DNA from: Deinococcota bacterium | GTDB taxonomy: Bacteria; Deinococcota; Deinococci; Deinococcales; Thermaceae | Assembly (NCBI GenBank): GCA_041695225.1 | Contig: JBGFRI010000033.1 | Span: forward strand, 1-36,916 | Length of the DNA: 36,916 nt | Reading direction: 5' to 3' | Part shown: positions 36,812 through 36,916 of the stretch, piece after piece | Position numbering within the stretch: the first letter of the stretch is position 1 | Layout of the letters: each line of letters begins with the position of its first letter | Notes under the pieces: model-generated | What the model was told of the DNA's origin: nothing | The model's database searches: none | What the model saw: only the letters and a program-made list of their open reading frames with translations | Position numbers and translations under genes: made by a program

Positions 36812-36916
36812 AATATAACGTTGCAATATCTGTTCGGTTTATGGCATTATGGCAGTAACAAAGGAGCCAGATATGCCATTCCAGAGGAAGCGAAGCTTAC
36901 TGGTGTTAGAGGGAAA

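Overview
GC-rich chromosomal window whose core genes (argB, ilvE, dciA/DUF721, recF, a PriA lacking canonical helicase motifs) and frequent CTCGAG sites suggest a Deinococcus-Thermus (Meiothermus-like) host; this assignment is inference. Positions 1-10620 look like a decayed genomic island at the 3' end of tRNA-Val(CAC), with a tyrosine-integrase N-terminal remnant. The main unannotated structure is two clusters of integron gene cassettes with recognisable attC sites but no integron integrase in the window (CALIN-like, about 5.8-10.2 kb and 25.8-29.1 kb), loaded with toxin-antitoxin pairs and small unknown genes. The core region also carries several families of very small repeats that appear mobile. 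A 41-bp structured element and a ~42-bp motif each interrupt one MFS pseudogene. Palindrome/octamer repeats sit in frame inside recF and priA, heptamer-repeat hairpins lie between genes, and the ilvE 3' end has a decayed duplicate. All calls were made by eye; no searches were run.
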